Source of the DNA: Macrostomum lignano
Taxonomy: Eukaryota
Reading direction: 5' to 3'
Assembly (NCBI GenBank): GCA_002269645.1
Contig: NIVC01000016.1
Location: forward strand, 744,001 to 808,000
Length of the DNA stretch: 64,000 bases
A program made the translations under genes and the position numbers. Below the pieces are notes generated by a model. The model had not been told where the DNA came from, searched no databases, and was given only the letters and a program-made list of their open reading frames with translations. Positions 42,433-53,922 of this stretch are shown in pieces; position 1 is the stretch's first letter; each line of letters starts with the position of its first letter.

Positions 42433-43340
42433 CACCTTTTTCCATTCTATTTTGGCAAACGTGCAATCAAAGTCGAAATCTTTTCATTCAATTCAGACAG
42501 TTTATGGTAGTTCTTGGCCGGACGTGCATTCAATTCCGACAAATGTACTTTCAAAAGCGACAATTTTCAATCAAAGCAAACAAGCTACCACGAGAAACCG
42601 ACACTTTGCAATCAATTCAAACAATTTGCAATCAATTCTGACAGTTGGCTATGAATTGGCTTTTTCTGTCCTCCTATCTATGGCTCATACTGCGAAATTT
42701 CCAATCAATTCCGACAAATTTCAATCTATTTAGACAAGCCATTGGAGTACATACTACATGTACTGTACATTTACAGAGTTCATGAGGTTCATAAAGATTC
42801 AGCAGTCAGATTTTAGCCATCAATCGGCACTTCCGCAAAGCAGCGCGGTACATAAGTCAGACAATGGTTGTACCAAGCCGTGCAGTTGGCTCCGGTGACG
42901 ACGTTTACAGTACTATTCGTTACTCACTCAAGCATATCACGCCGATATGCTGCTTTGGTGCAAGGTTAAATCTATGGGTGTTCCGAATCTCCAAGTTTCT
43001 CTCCATGATGTGTCTATGGCATTTAGCCCTGGCCCCACCCAAAGTAAAAAGTAGCTTGTCTAAATAGATTGAAATTTGTCGGAATTGATTGGACATTTCG
43101 CAGTATGAGCCATAGATAGGAGGACAGAAAAAGCCAATTTATAGCCAACTGTCAGAATTGATTGCAAAGTGTCGGTTTCTTGTGGTAGCTTGTTTGCTTT
43201 GTTTGAAAATTGTCGCTTTTGAAAGTACATTTGTCGGAATTGAATGCACGTCCGGCCAAGAACTACCATAAACTGTCTGAATTGAATGAAAAGATTTCGA
43301 CTTTGATTGCACGTTTGCCAAAATAGAATGGAAAAAGGTG
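42433..43340. mobile_element. Non-autonomous TIR element with about 290-310 bp inverted arms and TA flanks (Tc1/mariner-like foldback/MITE)
   Basis: TA|CACCTTTTTCCATTCT... and ...AGAATGGAAAAAGGTG|TA. The arms are 42433-42739 and 43054-43340, around a 314-bp spacer. Confidence 0.85.
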
Positions 43341-45165
43341 TAGCTTCCCCTCGAACTCTGTTAGCCATGCACTCTCACGTCTATACTCATTATAGAATAT
43401 TTAATTTTATTTAAGAATTCAAGTATTCATTTTAAGACACTGCCAATGATATTCAACCAATGCTTCTACTTTTGTCTATGGTCAAAACACCTTCTATGGC
43501 CTGTCTGTAGCCCAGGCGCTGACAGAGCATTTGAGTCTAAGACACAGAGCCAGTTAAATTCAGACAAGTCATGCAAATGCCGTGCAAATCGAGCTTGAGA
43601 GTTTACCAGACAGTGGATGTCATCGCGGTTGCCAAGAGTTTACTGCTTTCTGCCCGCTGCTTGGCCGGTGAAAACATCTGATTGAGCACAAACATGTGGT
43701 CTGACACTTAAATCGCAGTTGCAGTTTTGACTTGTTCGCCATGTGCATCACAAAATGTTAATTCACTTCATCATTTGTTCGCTTTCTACGTTACAAAAGA
43801 TACAATTTTCTATTTAACGGTTCCGAGTTTAAATTCTGAACTCAAGAGGTCGATGCCTGAAATTATATAACAGTCACGCATGATTGCCCTCCCCTGATCC
43901 CTTGCGCAACCCGCCCATTGTTCGCATCAGAATGCACCCATGCGTATAATGACGTCACACTCTCTTCTACTTCGTCATTTTTGCACGCTCTCTCCTTGGA
44001 AAAGGAGTGGGAACTCATAATATAAAGTTAGGGCCGCTGTACACTCCTGTGTGAGTGTGTGCCTGCGTATGCCTGCTCAGGGGAGTCGGCGGAATGGGCA
44101 GTAATGCCTCTCGCCGGTTGTGTGCCTATGTCGCTTAAAGTGCGCCAGGGTGCACACAACCCCCCTGCCTCTAAAAAAATACCCATGATGTCAAGTCTAC
44201 TCTGGAAATCGATCCAGACCAACTAGATTTCATGCTCAGCAACGGTAGATCGGCTGATTTTACGAGCCTACATATATAGCTGCAGTTAGGCTAAAAACAA
44301 ACCAGTCTGAAACAGCCTTCACGATGAAACGATCTATCGAATCCTTTGTTTAAATGGCATTACAATGCTCGTGCATTAGCACAGATAGATTAGCTAGTAA
44401 CCTGCAGGCAACCGATAGTCTCTAGAACGGGGTACCGGTCTATGCGATATGAAGCTTCCGCAGACAGAAATTGCATCTGATCAATTCGCTACACGTTAAT
44501 GCAGGCCTTCCTTCAATTGTGAATTTCTGGCTACATTTTCCACAGAAATAGAAAAGTCACATTGCTGCTCCCGCATTCTCAATATTTGCTGTCGCCATGT
44601 GGATTCGACTTTGTCGCTGAATTTTTTGCTAGGCCAGTGAACAAAGCAGTATCGGTATGATGCAACAGCTGATTGTGTATCGTAGCGTAGAGAGCCCATT
44701 TTTTCAATTCAGTCAACATGCAGTTCGGTGTTGCGTAATCGGAGTGGTCCAGTCGGTGGGTCAGAGCGATATTTGCAAGCACTAAAGACGTACGAGTCTT
44801 ACATGCGGAATGCTCGCAGTTTATAGCGCGCACAAGATCAAGCACTTAAGTAAGACTTCCTGGGTCCATACTCGATCTCAAATTAACAATCAAAAGCCTC
44901 TTCACGAGTCATTTTATCACATGACTGGTGTACAAAGCGACGAAAATAATACACAAATCGTGCGATTCCTCAAAAATTAAATGCATTTGATGGCGGTGGG
45001 AATCAAAGCATCAAATCCAAAGTCTTTTTCCCCTGGCAGATGCAGTTTTTGTAAGTGCGACACCGCCAAAAACTATCTGATTTAAAGCCTTAAGACAAAG
45101 CTTTGGGACTCTGAAGAACAAGCGGTCAAGAAATCTATCGAATGCCAAAACGGCGATATCAATGT

Positions 45166-45930
45166 CTAGTCAAAGGGCGACACGCACTCGCACACGACGC
45201 CCCTGTCCGTGTTCTGTCGCACGTCGTGAAGCCGTCCCGTAGACGACCCTCTGGCGAGGGCTTCTTCGTTACCGCCGTTGTTGTCGGGCTCATGGCCGTA
45301 CCACAGACTCTCATTCACGGTGATGCCGCAGGTGCTCCACACCCAGCCTCCTCGCGGCTCCGCACTGCCTGCTGGCTGGTAGCCGTCCAGGAACAGATTG
45401 AGGTTCAGACTGTACTTGGTGTACAGCTGGTTGATGTAGTCCATCTCGGCTAAGTCCACCGCATCCGCCATCATTGCCAGGCCGCCACCGAACTCGCACC
45501 GTTGCTTCTGAGCTGCCCAGTAACCCAACTCAGAGTATAGTCTGTACTTCACTCCGCACCGGTCGTCGCCGAAGTCAGACGGACACAGCGAGCCGGGCGG
45601 GAGACCCGACTGCTGCTTGACGAGCAGGCGACCTCTGAGGGAGCAGCTGCTGCAGTTCCTCACCGACTTGCTGCACCTGTCGAACACGAACAGCTGGCAG
45701 GGTCCGGCGGCGGTGGTGAAGGCCTGGCAGCTGGGCTCCCGGCTGCACAGGAAAGCGCAGGGCTGCTCGGAGCTCACCTCGGGAATGGTGCGAGTGAACT
45801 CAGGCCGGATGCACAGGGAGCCGTTGATTGGAGAGTAGCGGTTGCGGCACGTCTGTGCGCTGCAGTGACGAACAGTCGGCAGTGACAGCAGCGAGATGTA
45901 CAGTGGCAGAAGGTGCAGCAGCTGCGGCAT
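45166..45930 (-). CDS. Secreted PAN/apple + C-type lectin domain protein (copy B), 254 aa
   Basis: Inverted copy of 36923-37687 with 7 amino-acid differences; the ATG is at 45930. Confidence 0.85.
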   Translation of the reverse strand: MPQLLHLLPLYISLLSLPTVRHCSAQTCRNRYSPINGSLCIRPEFTRTIPEVSSEQPCAFLCSREPSCQAFTTAAGPCQLFVFDRCSKSVRNCSSCSLRGRLLVKQQSGLPPGSLCPSDFGDDRCGVKYRLYSELGYWAAQKQRCEFGGGLAMMADAVDLAEMDYINQLYTKYSLNLNLFLDGYQPAGSAEPRGGWVWSTCGITVNESLWYGHEPDNNGGNEEALARGSSTGRLHDVRQNTDRGVVCECVSPFD

Positions 45931-46224
45931 ATTTGCGGACTGTAATTTCTTAGAACTAAAGCCAGAGTTGCATACTAGCAAACCTCAGATATCTAGCAGG
46001 GCTTTTTCGGGAGGAAGGAAGTGAAAACATTCATCGATCAGCCAATGAAAGGCGAGAAAAAAAGCTTTTTTACTCAGGACCAATGAATAATTGCGACGCG
46101 GAGGTGAAGTCAATTATCTTTATGGAACAGTTTAATAGCTTGAAAATTGTTTTTATTATGGTGCTGCGCGTCTGACCAATTAGGAATATGTACATAGCAA
46201 AACGTTTTATGAAAATAGAGAGCT

Positions 46225-46617
46225 AGAATAACTAGATGGCCCACTATAAGCACATTTGCGTGCAAGCTACTTTTCAGCTCAGTAGTAAGTTAAACTGATC
46301 GAAGCATTTCAATGTATTTTAAAAGCCAAGGCTTAAACCCTCAAACTACACAGAACCTCTACCCCTACAACGCCACCCAATTTTTATTACTTTCCTCGGT
46401 TGTTCCAGCCTAAATAATCTGCCTTGTAAACTTCAGTACATGGCTATATTTTGGATGAACCAAAAGCAAGCTTGGGCTTCTAAACCTATCAAAGTCAACT
46501 CAGCTGCCTTTATTCTTATAAAATAGCTTATGTATTCTTCACTGCTACTGAACTGAAAGTACGAAGCTGTTTTTTGCCAAGTGTTTATGCCTGAGTGGCC
46601 CATCATATAGTTATTCT
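46225..46617. mobile_element. MITE with about 21-bp TIRs (AGAATAACTAGATGG(G/C)CCACT), copy 1
   Basis: The ends are inverted repeats and the interior is homologous to 60929-61380. Confidence 0.75.
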
Positions 46618-48747
46618 ATAGCTACAGTATACATGTTGTAGCTAGTAGTATGCACCAAGCCATAAAAATTTAAGCGTAGTAGAAAAAAAAGCTTTTTTTC
46701 TCGAACATAGAACGATCAACTTACTCAAGGCCCTTTTAAAAATTAGTGTACTATGTCGATTAAGGGGATCGGCCGCGGTTTTTTAGCTTTGTGAAAGTAT
46801 TTTTTAATTTGAATTTAATTTTGAACTTTGCCAGTCATAAATTCTATTTTGCTGTAAGCATTATCACCTGTCTTTTTTAATTCCTCGTTGATTTAAAATC
46901 TTTTTTGAATTAGTCTATTAGTTTATATTTATCTTGCCACATGATGTCGCCAAATTCAACCAAAAATGTGCCATTTCTTTTTTGTATCGGATATAGAGGC
47001 ATCCGACTTTTGAAATTTCCGATAAGAAAATGAAGCAGTCCCATCCAAATTTTTCAGGGTTATTAAATTACTCTTTTGAGTATCGTGCTCTCTTTGCTTT
47101 TAGGAGAAAAATTAGTCCAAGATCTAGGATCTAAAACCTTGATACGATTCGTAGCCCGAAGCTACGAACTAACGCCGGATTGTAGTTGTAGAGTTTAAAA
47201 CAAAAACTGTCTACGATAAAAACTTTGCTTTAAGAATAAATAAAAATAAAAGTTATTTAAATACATTAAAAAAATGTTATTTTTTTAAACTTGCTTTTTT
47301 ACTCTAGACCAGCACAGTTGTTGTCGACTCACAGGAGCTTTTAATGTTCTACAACTTAAACAATTTTCTGAAGGGACCATGTCGCCCAATTTAAAAGAAG
47401 TATCGATCAAACTCCAATAGGGTATTTGATCATGAATACGGACTCACTTTGTCACATTTAATTGGAAATTCATTTAGAAGATTTTTACCTGGGGATTACA
47501 ATGATAGTGTAAAATATTTCGTTTTTGTTTCATTAAAAGCATACATTTGGGAACAAAGCAGACCCAAAAGTATGTTCTACTGTACTGTATTTCATTTTTA
47601 CTATTTAAGGAAAGAAACAATCATTTCACCCTTATATAAGACATTTTTGAAGACCTTCAATTTCCAGCCACTTGCATATGAATGAATAAATACACGTTAC
47701 TTTAGATAATAGAAAAATACTGGGCAATCATACACTTCCGTTCGGTAAATAGAGTGCAAATGACGATAATGCTCGTGAATTTGTATATGTTTCAATTACT
47801 GTACTAGAGCCAGCTCACTCTAGTATCACTAGAGTGAATACTAGAGCCAGCTCACTGAGACAATCAACTCTAATTTACATACTATATTTACTATGTAGCT
47901 TATGAAGTATGAGTACGAGTACATCAAATCTGTTGGCTGTTTAGAGTTATTTATCTTATTTTTTAAGTAGATTTAGATTTACTGATTATTTTGCTTTGTT
48001 TCTTTATTTATTCTATATATAATAACTTATATTTTGATTCAAAAAATCAATATATCTAGACAATGCTGAATTTACAAATTAGTTGATATTATATCTAATT
48101 ATCTTATTTGGTTCTCAAGGCTGTTTCTACAAATTCTGAATTTTACCACTTCAAAATAAAGTTAAGCATTATGTCTCTATGAGCAGCTTTTAAATTGCAT
48201 TTGAAGAGATAATTGTAACTTTTTTGTTTGCATGTATGTCCTTAGGCTTTCATAATATAGATAATTTTTGTTATATTCTTTTTCAGCGTTTTCAACTGTT
48301 TCGAATGCAAATATGAAATTGTACGTGTCTTGGTTCATACCCATCATTTTCTTCCATTTACTGCTATCAAATAATTATCCTTCTTAACGAAAATTCACAA
48401 ATGCTTGTAAAAGAAAGTTGTACTTCACAAACAAAAAGTGCAAAATAATTTTTATCTAGTTTTACGAGCCATATGCTCTCACATGCATACTAATTGATAT
48501 TTGCTGACTATTGACTGTCGCACAACCAGAGGAGAGGTCGCCTTACCTTCGTAGGAAATCCGAAAAGTGTTAGGAAAAATACAGGCCCATCACACTCCTC
48601 TCTGCTTGCGCCACTGACTTTTGTATATCAATCAAAAAAGAATTATGAAAAGACACTCACAATCACCATTAAAATTAATATCACAATTTTGTTTATACAA
48701 ATTTTTATTCACGAATTTCAACTGTTAATGTGCACTGTCACGATGCC

Positions 48748-51428
48748 ATGGCTAAGCAATCCGGGCAGGCCTCCAGCTTACACACAAGACCAACCATTTC
48801 TCAGGCGACAGCAACAGAAGACAGCCAAGCCGAGGAGTCGAAGCTGCCGGACCCGGCCTCGGCCCGACTCGAGCTGGGGCCTCATCAACGAAATGTGTTC
48901 GTCACCCAGCTCAACCAGGCCGAGGAGGAGGACCTCGTCCGCGAGGTCCCCGTGGTGTCGGAGACCGGGGCGCGGCTCCTGGACACCGGGGTGAACACGC
49001 TGCAGAAGACGCTAGTACTGAAGAAGGAGGCCGAGCTGAGCAAAATCGATAGCGATCTGCTGCAGAAGCGACGCGAGTTTCAAGATCGAATGCGAGAGTG
49101 CGAGAGCAAAAAGGTTTGCGGTTGCAAAATAGCTTACTCAAATAATGGCGACATACTCGCTGTGGAAGCAGTGAATTCTGGAAGATTTTAGCAGATGGAG
49201 AGAGAGTGTGTGCAGAGGGTAAAAGAGAGAGAGTGAGAAGAGGCGCGGTATAAGTAGAAATGGGGGTAAGAATGCAGAGATACTCGTAGGGAATGAGAGA
49301 GATGGTAAAAGGGAGCTGATGAGAGGCAGACACAACAGACACACCTAGAAACCAGAAGGAAGAGGGTTAGAGGTTGATACAACGCAGGAAGGAGGGGTGA
49401 GAGGTAGATATAAAGCAATAGGGAGAGGGTGAGAGGTAGGTATAAAGCAATAGGGAGAGGGTGAGAGGTAGATATAAAGCAATAGGGAGAGGGTGAGAGG
49501 TAGATATAAAGCAATAGGGAGAGGGTGAGAGGTAGATAAAAAGCAATAGGGAGAGGGTGAGAGGTGAATATAAAGCAATAGGGAGAGGGTGAGAGGTGAA
49601 TATAAAGCAATAGGGAGAGGGTGAGAGGTAGATATAAAGCAATAGGGAGAGGGTGAGAGGTGAATATAAAGCAATAGGGAGAGGGTGAGAGGTAGATATA
49701 AAGCAATAGGGAGAGGGTGAGAGGTAGATATAAATCAATAGGCAGAGGGTGAGAGGTAGATAGTAAGCAGGATGAGAGGTAGATAAAGAACTGAGATAAA
49801 AATTTATCAGCAAGTGGCCGAACCCCCGAACCGCAGATCGTGCTGGCCGAGAAGCAGCAGGCCATGAAAGACCGAGTGGGCAAGTTCGAGAAGTTCATCC
49901 AGGAGAACGAGGCCAAGCGGCGCCGAGCCATCCAGCGCTACCAGACGGAGTCGCGCCTGCGCGCATTCAAAGAGCGCGAAGAGGAGGAGCTGCAGTCTTA
50001 CCTGGCTTTGCTGCGGCGGAAGCAGGCCGTGCTCAGCGCTAAAGTGCAGGCGTACCGAAAATTTGAGACCTACATGACTAGCGTGGTGGATATTCTGCCG
50101 CCAGATTATATCAAGGTTGGTGCAGGCCTTAGGGATGATGGCAATCGCTCATCAATACACTGGATTCTCTGTTCAATGCTCTGACTATACTCGAAGCGCT
50201 AAGGTCATAGTTCAGTGTCAGACTTTGGATTTATTAAGGATTTCAAGGGTCGTTGGAAGTCACAAAAGGAGCTATTTTGAGTGTCGGGAATTCCATTAAT
50301 CTTCTGGGGCGATCTGGAGATTGTTAGCGTTTTCGGGGTGTTAGGGTCGGGTCATCAGGGTGTCAGGGTCATCAGGGTGTCAGGATGTCAGGGTCATCAG
50401 GGTGTCAGGGTGTCAGGGTCATCAGGGTGTCAGGGTGATGAGGGTGTCAGGGTCATCAGGGTGTCAGGGTCATCAGGGTGTCAGGGTCATCAGTGTGTCA
50501 GGGTCATCAGGGTGTCAGGGTGTCAGGGTCATCAGGGTGTCAGGGTTATCAAGGAGTCACGGTCATCAGTGTGTCAGGGTCATCAGGGTGTCAGGGTCAT
50601 CAGGGTGTCAGGGTCATCAGGGTGTCAAGGTCATCAGGGTGTCAGGGTCATCAGGATGTCAGGGTCATCAGGGTGTCAGGGTCATCAGGGCGTCAGGGTC
50701 ATCAGTGTGTCAGGGTCATCAGGGTGTCAGATTTATCAGGGTGTCAGGTTCATAGGATCACCACGGTCGTCTGGGCGTCAGAGTCATAGAGACCTCAATT
50801 TTATCAGGGTCACGAGGTCATCAGGATGTCAGGGTTGTGAAGGTATCAGGGGCTCAGGGTTGTCAGGCCAGGGTGATCTTGACGCGCGGCAATCGAATTA
50901 AAATCCGACAACGCCGCCACGCGCCCATCGCAGGTGTCCGACAACGTGATCGGCGGCCTGATCATGCGCTACAACACCCTGGAGGACACGTTTAACCGTC
51001 TCTACGCCCAGATGTCCTCCGTGCAGGAGCAGATCCAGGAAACCCGCGATCGCGAGTCCCGCCTGAAGGCCGACCACGCCAGGGACGTGCTGTCAAAGAA
51101 TTCACAGCTGGCTGAGCTGCACGAGGCCACAGAGCGGCAGAAGGGCACCCAGGAGCAGCACGAGCAGCAGGTGTCCTATGTTATCCAGCGGATCCGCGAC
51201 CGCAGCGAGGCCTACGGCATGACCCTCCGGGCCATCGACAACGTGGCCACGCGCTGCTTGAAGCGGCACGATCCTCATTTGCAGAGCCTGGACTGGCCAG
51301 AGAAGATGGAGAAAATCCGCGACCACTTGATGGACATGGAGGAGGTGGTGCGCGCGGTGCAGGACCAAATGGCCCGGGGCGTTACTCCGTCAGCGACTCC
51401 GGCGGCGCCCGCCGCGGCAGCAAAATAG
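48748..51428 (+). CDS. DUF4200 coiled-coil protein (CCDC42/CFAP73/CCDC197-like), about 379 aa
   Basis: Exons are 48748-49113, 49837-50115 and 50934-51428, with phase-0 introns. LLQKRREFQDRM and KFEKFIQENEAKRRRA are the typical DUF4200 signature. The exact orthologue is uncertain. Confidence 0.8.
49395..49790. repeat. Roughly 33-bp GAGAGGGTGAGAGGTAGATATAAAGCAATAGG minisatellite, DUF4200 gene intron 1
   Basis: Tandem units are visible. Confidence 0.92.
50350..50880. repeat. GTCAGGGTCATCAGGGT minisatellite, DUF4200 gene intron 2
   Basis: Tandem units are visible. Confidence 0.92.
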
Positions 51429-51676
51429 CTGGCGCTGTTGAAGGAAGCCTCGCCATCACTGTAGCCTTGGATGACTGAGGCAAACTCGCTGCTTAATTCC
51501 TATGTACATGATCTGGGCTTTGGTTTCTTGCGGTGTTTTAGCGCGGAGGTAACGCAATGCTCTGCAGGCTGGCACTTTACTACGACTTTGAATACTTTGG
51601 TGTTCTGCTCCATTTTCCATTTTCCCTCAGTTCATTTCTCTTCTCCCTGATCCCCGTTTTCCTTCTCCTTCATTCT

Positions 51677-51894
51677 AATAGTAATAATAATTGCTTAACA
51701 CCTGTCCTAATGGGCAGATGTGCAACCGACAGCTCAGCCGCTGCCATTGGACTGGGGGGTCGCCACACACCCTCAATTACCCCAGCTAATGCTGGCACCC
51801 ATTTTACAGCTGGGTGAACTGAAACAATGCAGAGTTAAGTGTCTTGCTCAAGGACACAAATTGTTCCGAGTGGGTCGAGAATCGAACCCCCGAC
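51677..51894 (-). mobile_element. CORE-SINE sister copy (uninterrupted at the LINE target site, tRNA head truncated)
   Basis: Homologous to 39212-39386 plus 41322-41367. It reads GTGTCTTGCTCAAGGACACAA across the site, and the minus-strand core ends ...CAGCTGTAAAATGGG as in MIR. Confidence 0.75.
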
Positions 51895-52309
51895 ATTTCA
51901 GTTTGACCTTTCGAGTCCTTCTCGATTCGAAATTAAGAAGCGCATTCAAAGAAGAGTTCCTAATTTTTGTTAATAAGTTTTTTCTGGGGAAATACCTAAG
52001 AATGCTAATTTTTTATTTGTAAACCCAGTTTTTATTTGATCAAGCCTTTAGCCTATGTTTGAGTCCCTTGTAGTGCCTGATCTCCTTGTGCCTGCAAGAA
52101 ACTGTTTTTTGTTATAAATAAAGAATTAAAAAACTAATTTTATGGCTACAAGTTCAAAAATAAAATCTTATAAGTCTGCTTCCTTCCTTCCTTATTAGTT
52201 TATAATAATGACTTCAATTCAATGCGCTTCAAATCAATTATTAAATGTAAGAGTATGAAATGTAATGTAAGGTGAGAACGATAAAGCATGGTCTGTCTCC
52301 CATTGGTCG

Positions 52310-53642
52310 GTTTATCTCATTCTGTCACTATCCATGATCTGTTTATCTCATTGTGTCTCTATCCATGATCTGTTTATCTCATTGTGTCTCTATCCATGAT
52401 CTGTTTATCTCATTGTGTCTCTATCCATGATCTATTTATCTCATTGTGTCTCTATCCATGATCTATTTATCCCATTGTGTCTCTATCCAGATCTATTTAT
52501 CTCATTGTGTCTCTATCCATGATCTATTTATCTCATTGTGTCTCTATCCATGATCTATTTATCCCATTGTGTCTCTATCCATGATCTGTTTATCTCATTG
52601 TGTCTCTATCCATGATCTGTTTATCTCATTGTGTCTCTATCCATGATCTGTTTATCTCATTGTGTCTCTATCCATGATCTATTTATCCCATTGTGTCTCT
52701 ATCCATGATCTATTTATCCCATTGTGTCTCTATCCATGATCTGTTTATCTGATTGTGTCTCTATCCATGATCTATTTATCTCATTGTGTCTCTATCCATG
52801 ATCTGTTTATCTCATTGTGTCTCTATCCATGATCTATTTATCCCATTGTGTCTCTATCCATGATCTATTTATCTCATTGTGTCTCTATCCATGATCTGTT
52901 TATCTCATTCTGTCTCTATCCATGATCTGTTTATCTCATTGTGTCTCTATCCATGATCTGTTTATCTCATTGTGTCTCTATCCATGATCTATTTATCCCA
53001 TTGTGTCTCTATCCATGATCTGTTTATCTCATTGTGTCTCTATCCATGATCTGTTTATCTCATTGTGTCTCTATCCATGATCTATTTATCCCATTGTGTC
53101 TCTATCCATGATCTGTTTATCTCATTGTGTCTCTATCCATGATCTATTTATCTCATTGTGTCTCTTTCCATGATCTATTTATCCCATTGTGTCTCTATCC
53201 ATGATCTATTTATCCATTGTGTCTCTATCCATGATCTGTTTATCTCATTGTGTCTCTATCCATGATCTATTTATCTCATTGTGTCTCTATCCATGATCTA
53301 TTTATCCCATTGTGTCTCTATCCATGATCTGTTTATCTGATTGTGTCTCTATCCATGATCTGTTTATCTCATTGTGTCTCTATCCATGATCTGTTTATCT
53401 CATTGTGTCTCTATCCATGATCTGTTTATCTCATTGTGTCTCTATCCATGATCTGTTTATCCCATTGTGTCTCTATCCATGATCTATTTATCCCATTGTG
53501 TCTCTATCCATGATCTATTTATCTGATTGTGTCTCTATCCATGATCTGTTTATCTGATTGTGTCTCTATCCATGATCTATTTATCCCATTGTGTCTCTAT
53601 CCATGATCTGTTTATCTGATTGTGTCTCTATCCATGATCTGT
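52310..53642. repeat. 31-bp minisatellite TGTGTCTCTATCCATGATCT(G/A)TTTATC(T/C)CAT, about 43 copies, intergenic
   Basis: Head-to-tail units with no spacers. Confidence 0.97.
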
Positions 53643-53922
53643 TTTTTCGTTTTAAATCCATCCCGGGGCAGCTATCCCGAGAAGCTATATCCAAGGTATA
53701 GCTTCTGGAGATTGCCAGAAGGAGAGAGGCAGGTCAAGGGGCGGACACGGGCCAAGAAAAAGCAAATAGAGTTCAACATATACAGGTAAAGTGTCATACC
53801 AGAGCTATACCTAAAGCTAAATAGCTATAATTTGATAATAAGATACGTAACGTTATACGTTAATACGCTATAAGTACGTTAATCTTCAGCGCAGTGATTC
53901 TTTAAGTCAGCGGATTCCTCAT

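Noticed and set aside
44496-44845. 67-88 aa minus-strand ORFs
   Set aside because: No recognisable domain and interrupted by stops; cannot be supported.
46755-47450. TTAA-GGGG start suggesting a Kolobok/piggyBac-type element
   Set aside because: No matching inverted end was found.
52310-53642. CRISPR-like regular array of about 31 bp (also the 43-, 30- and 23-bp arrays)
   Set aside because: Head-to-tail repeats with no unique spacers, no cas genes, and a eukaryotic context.
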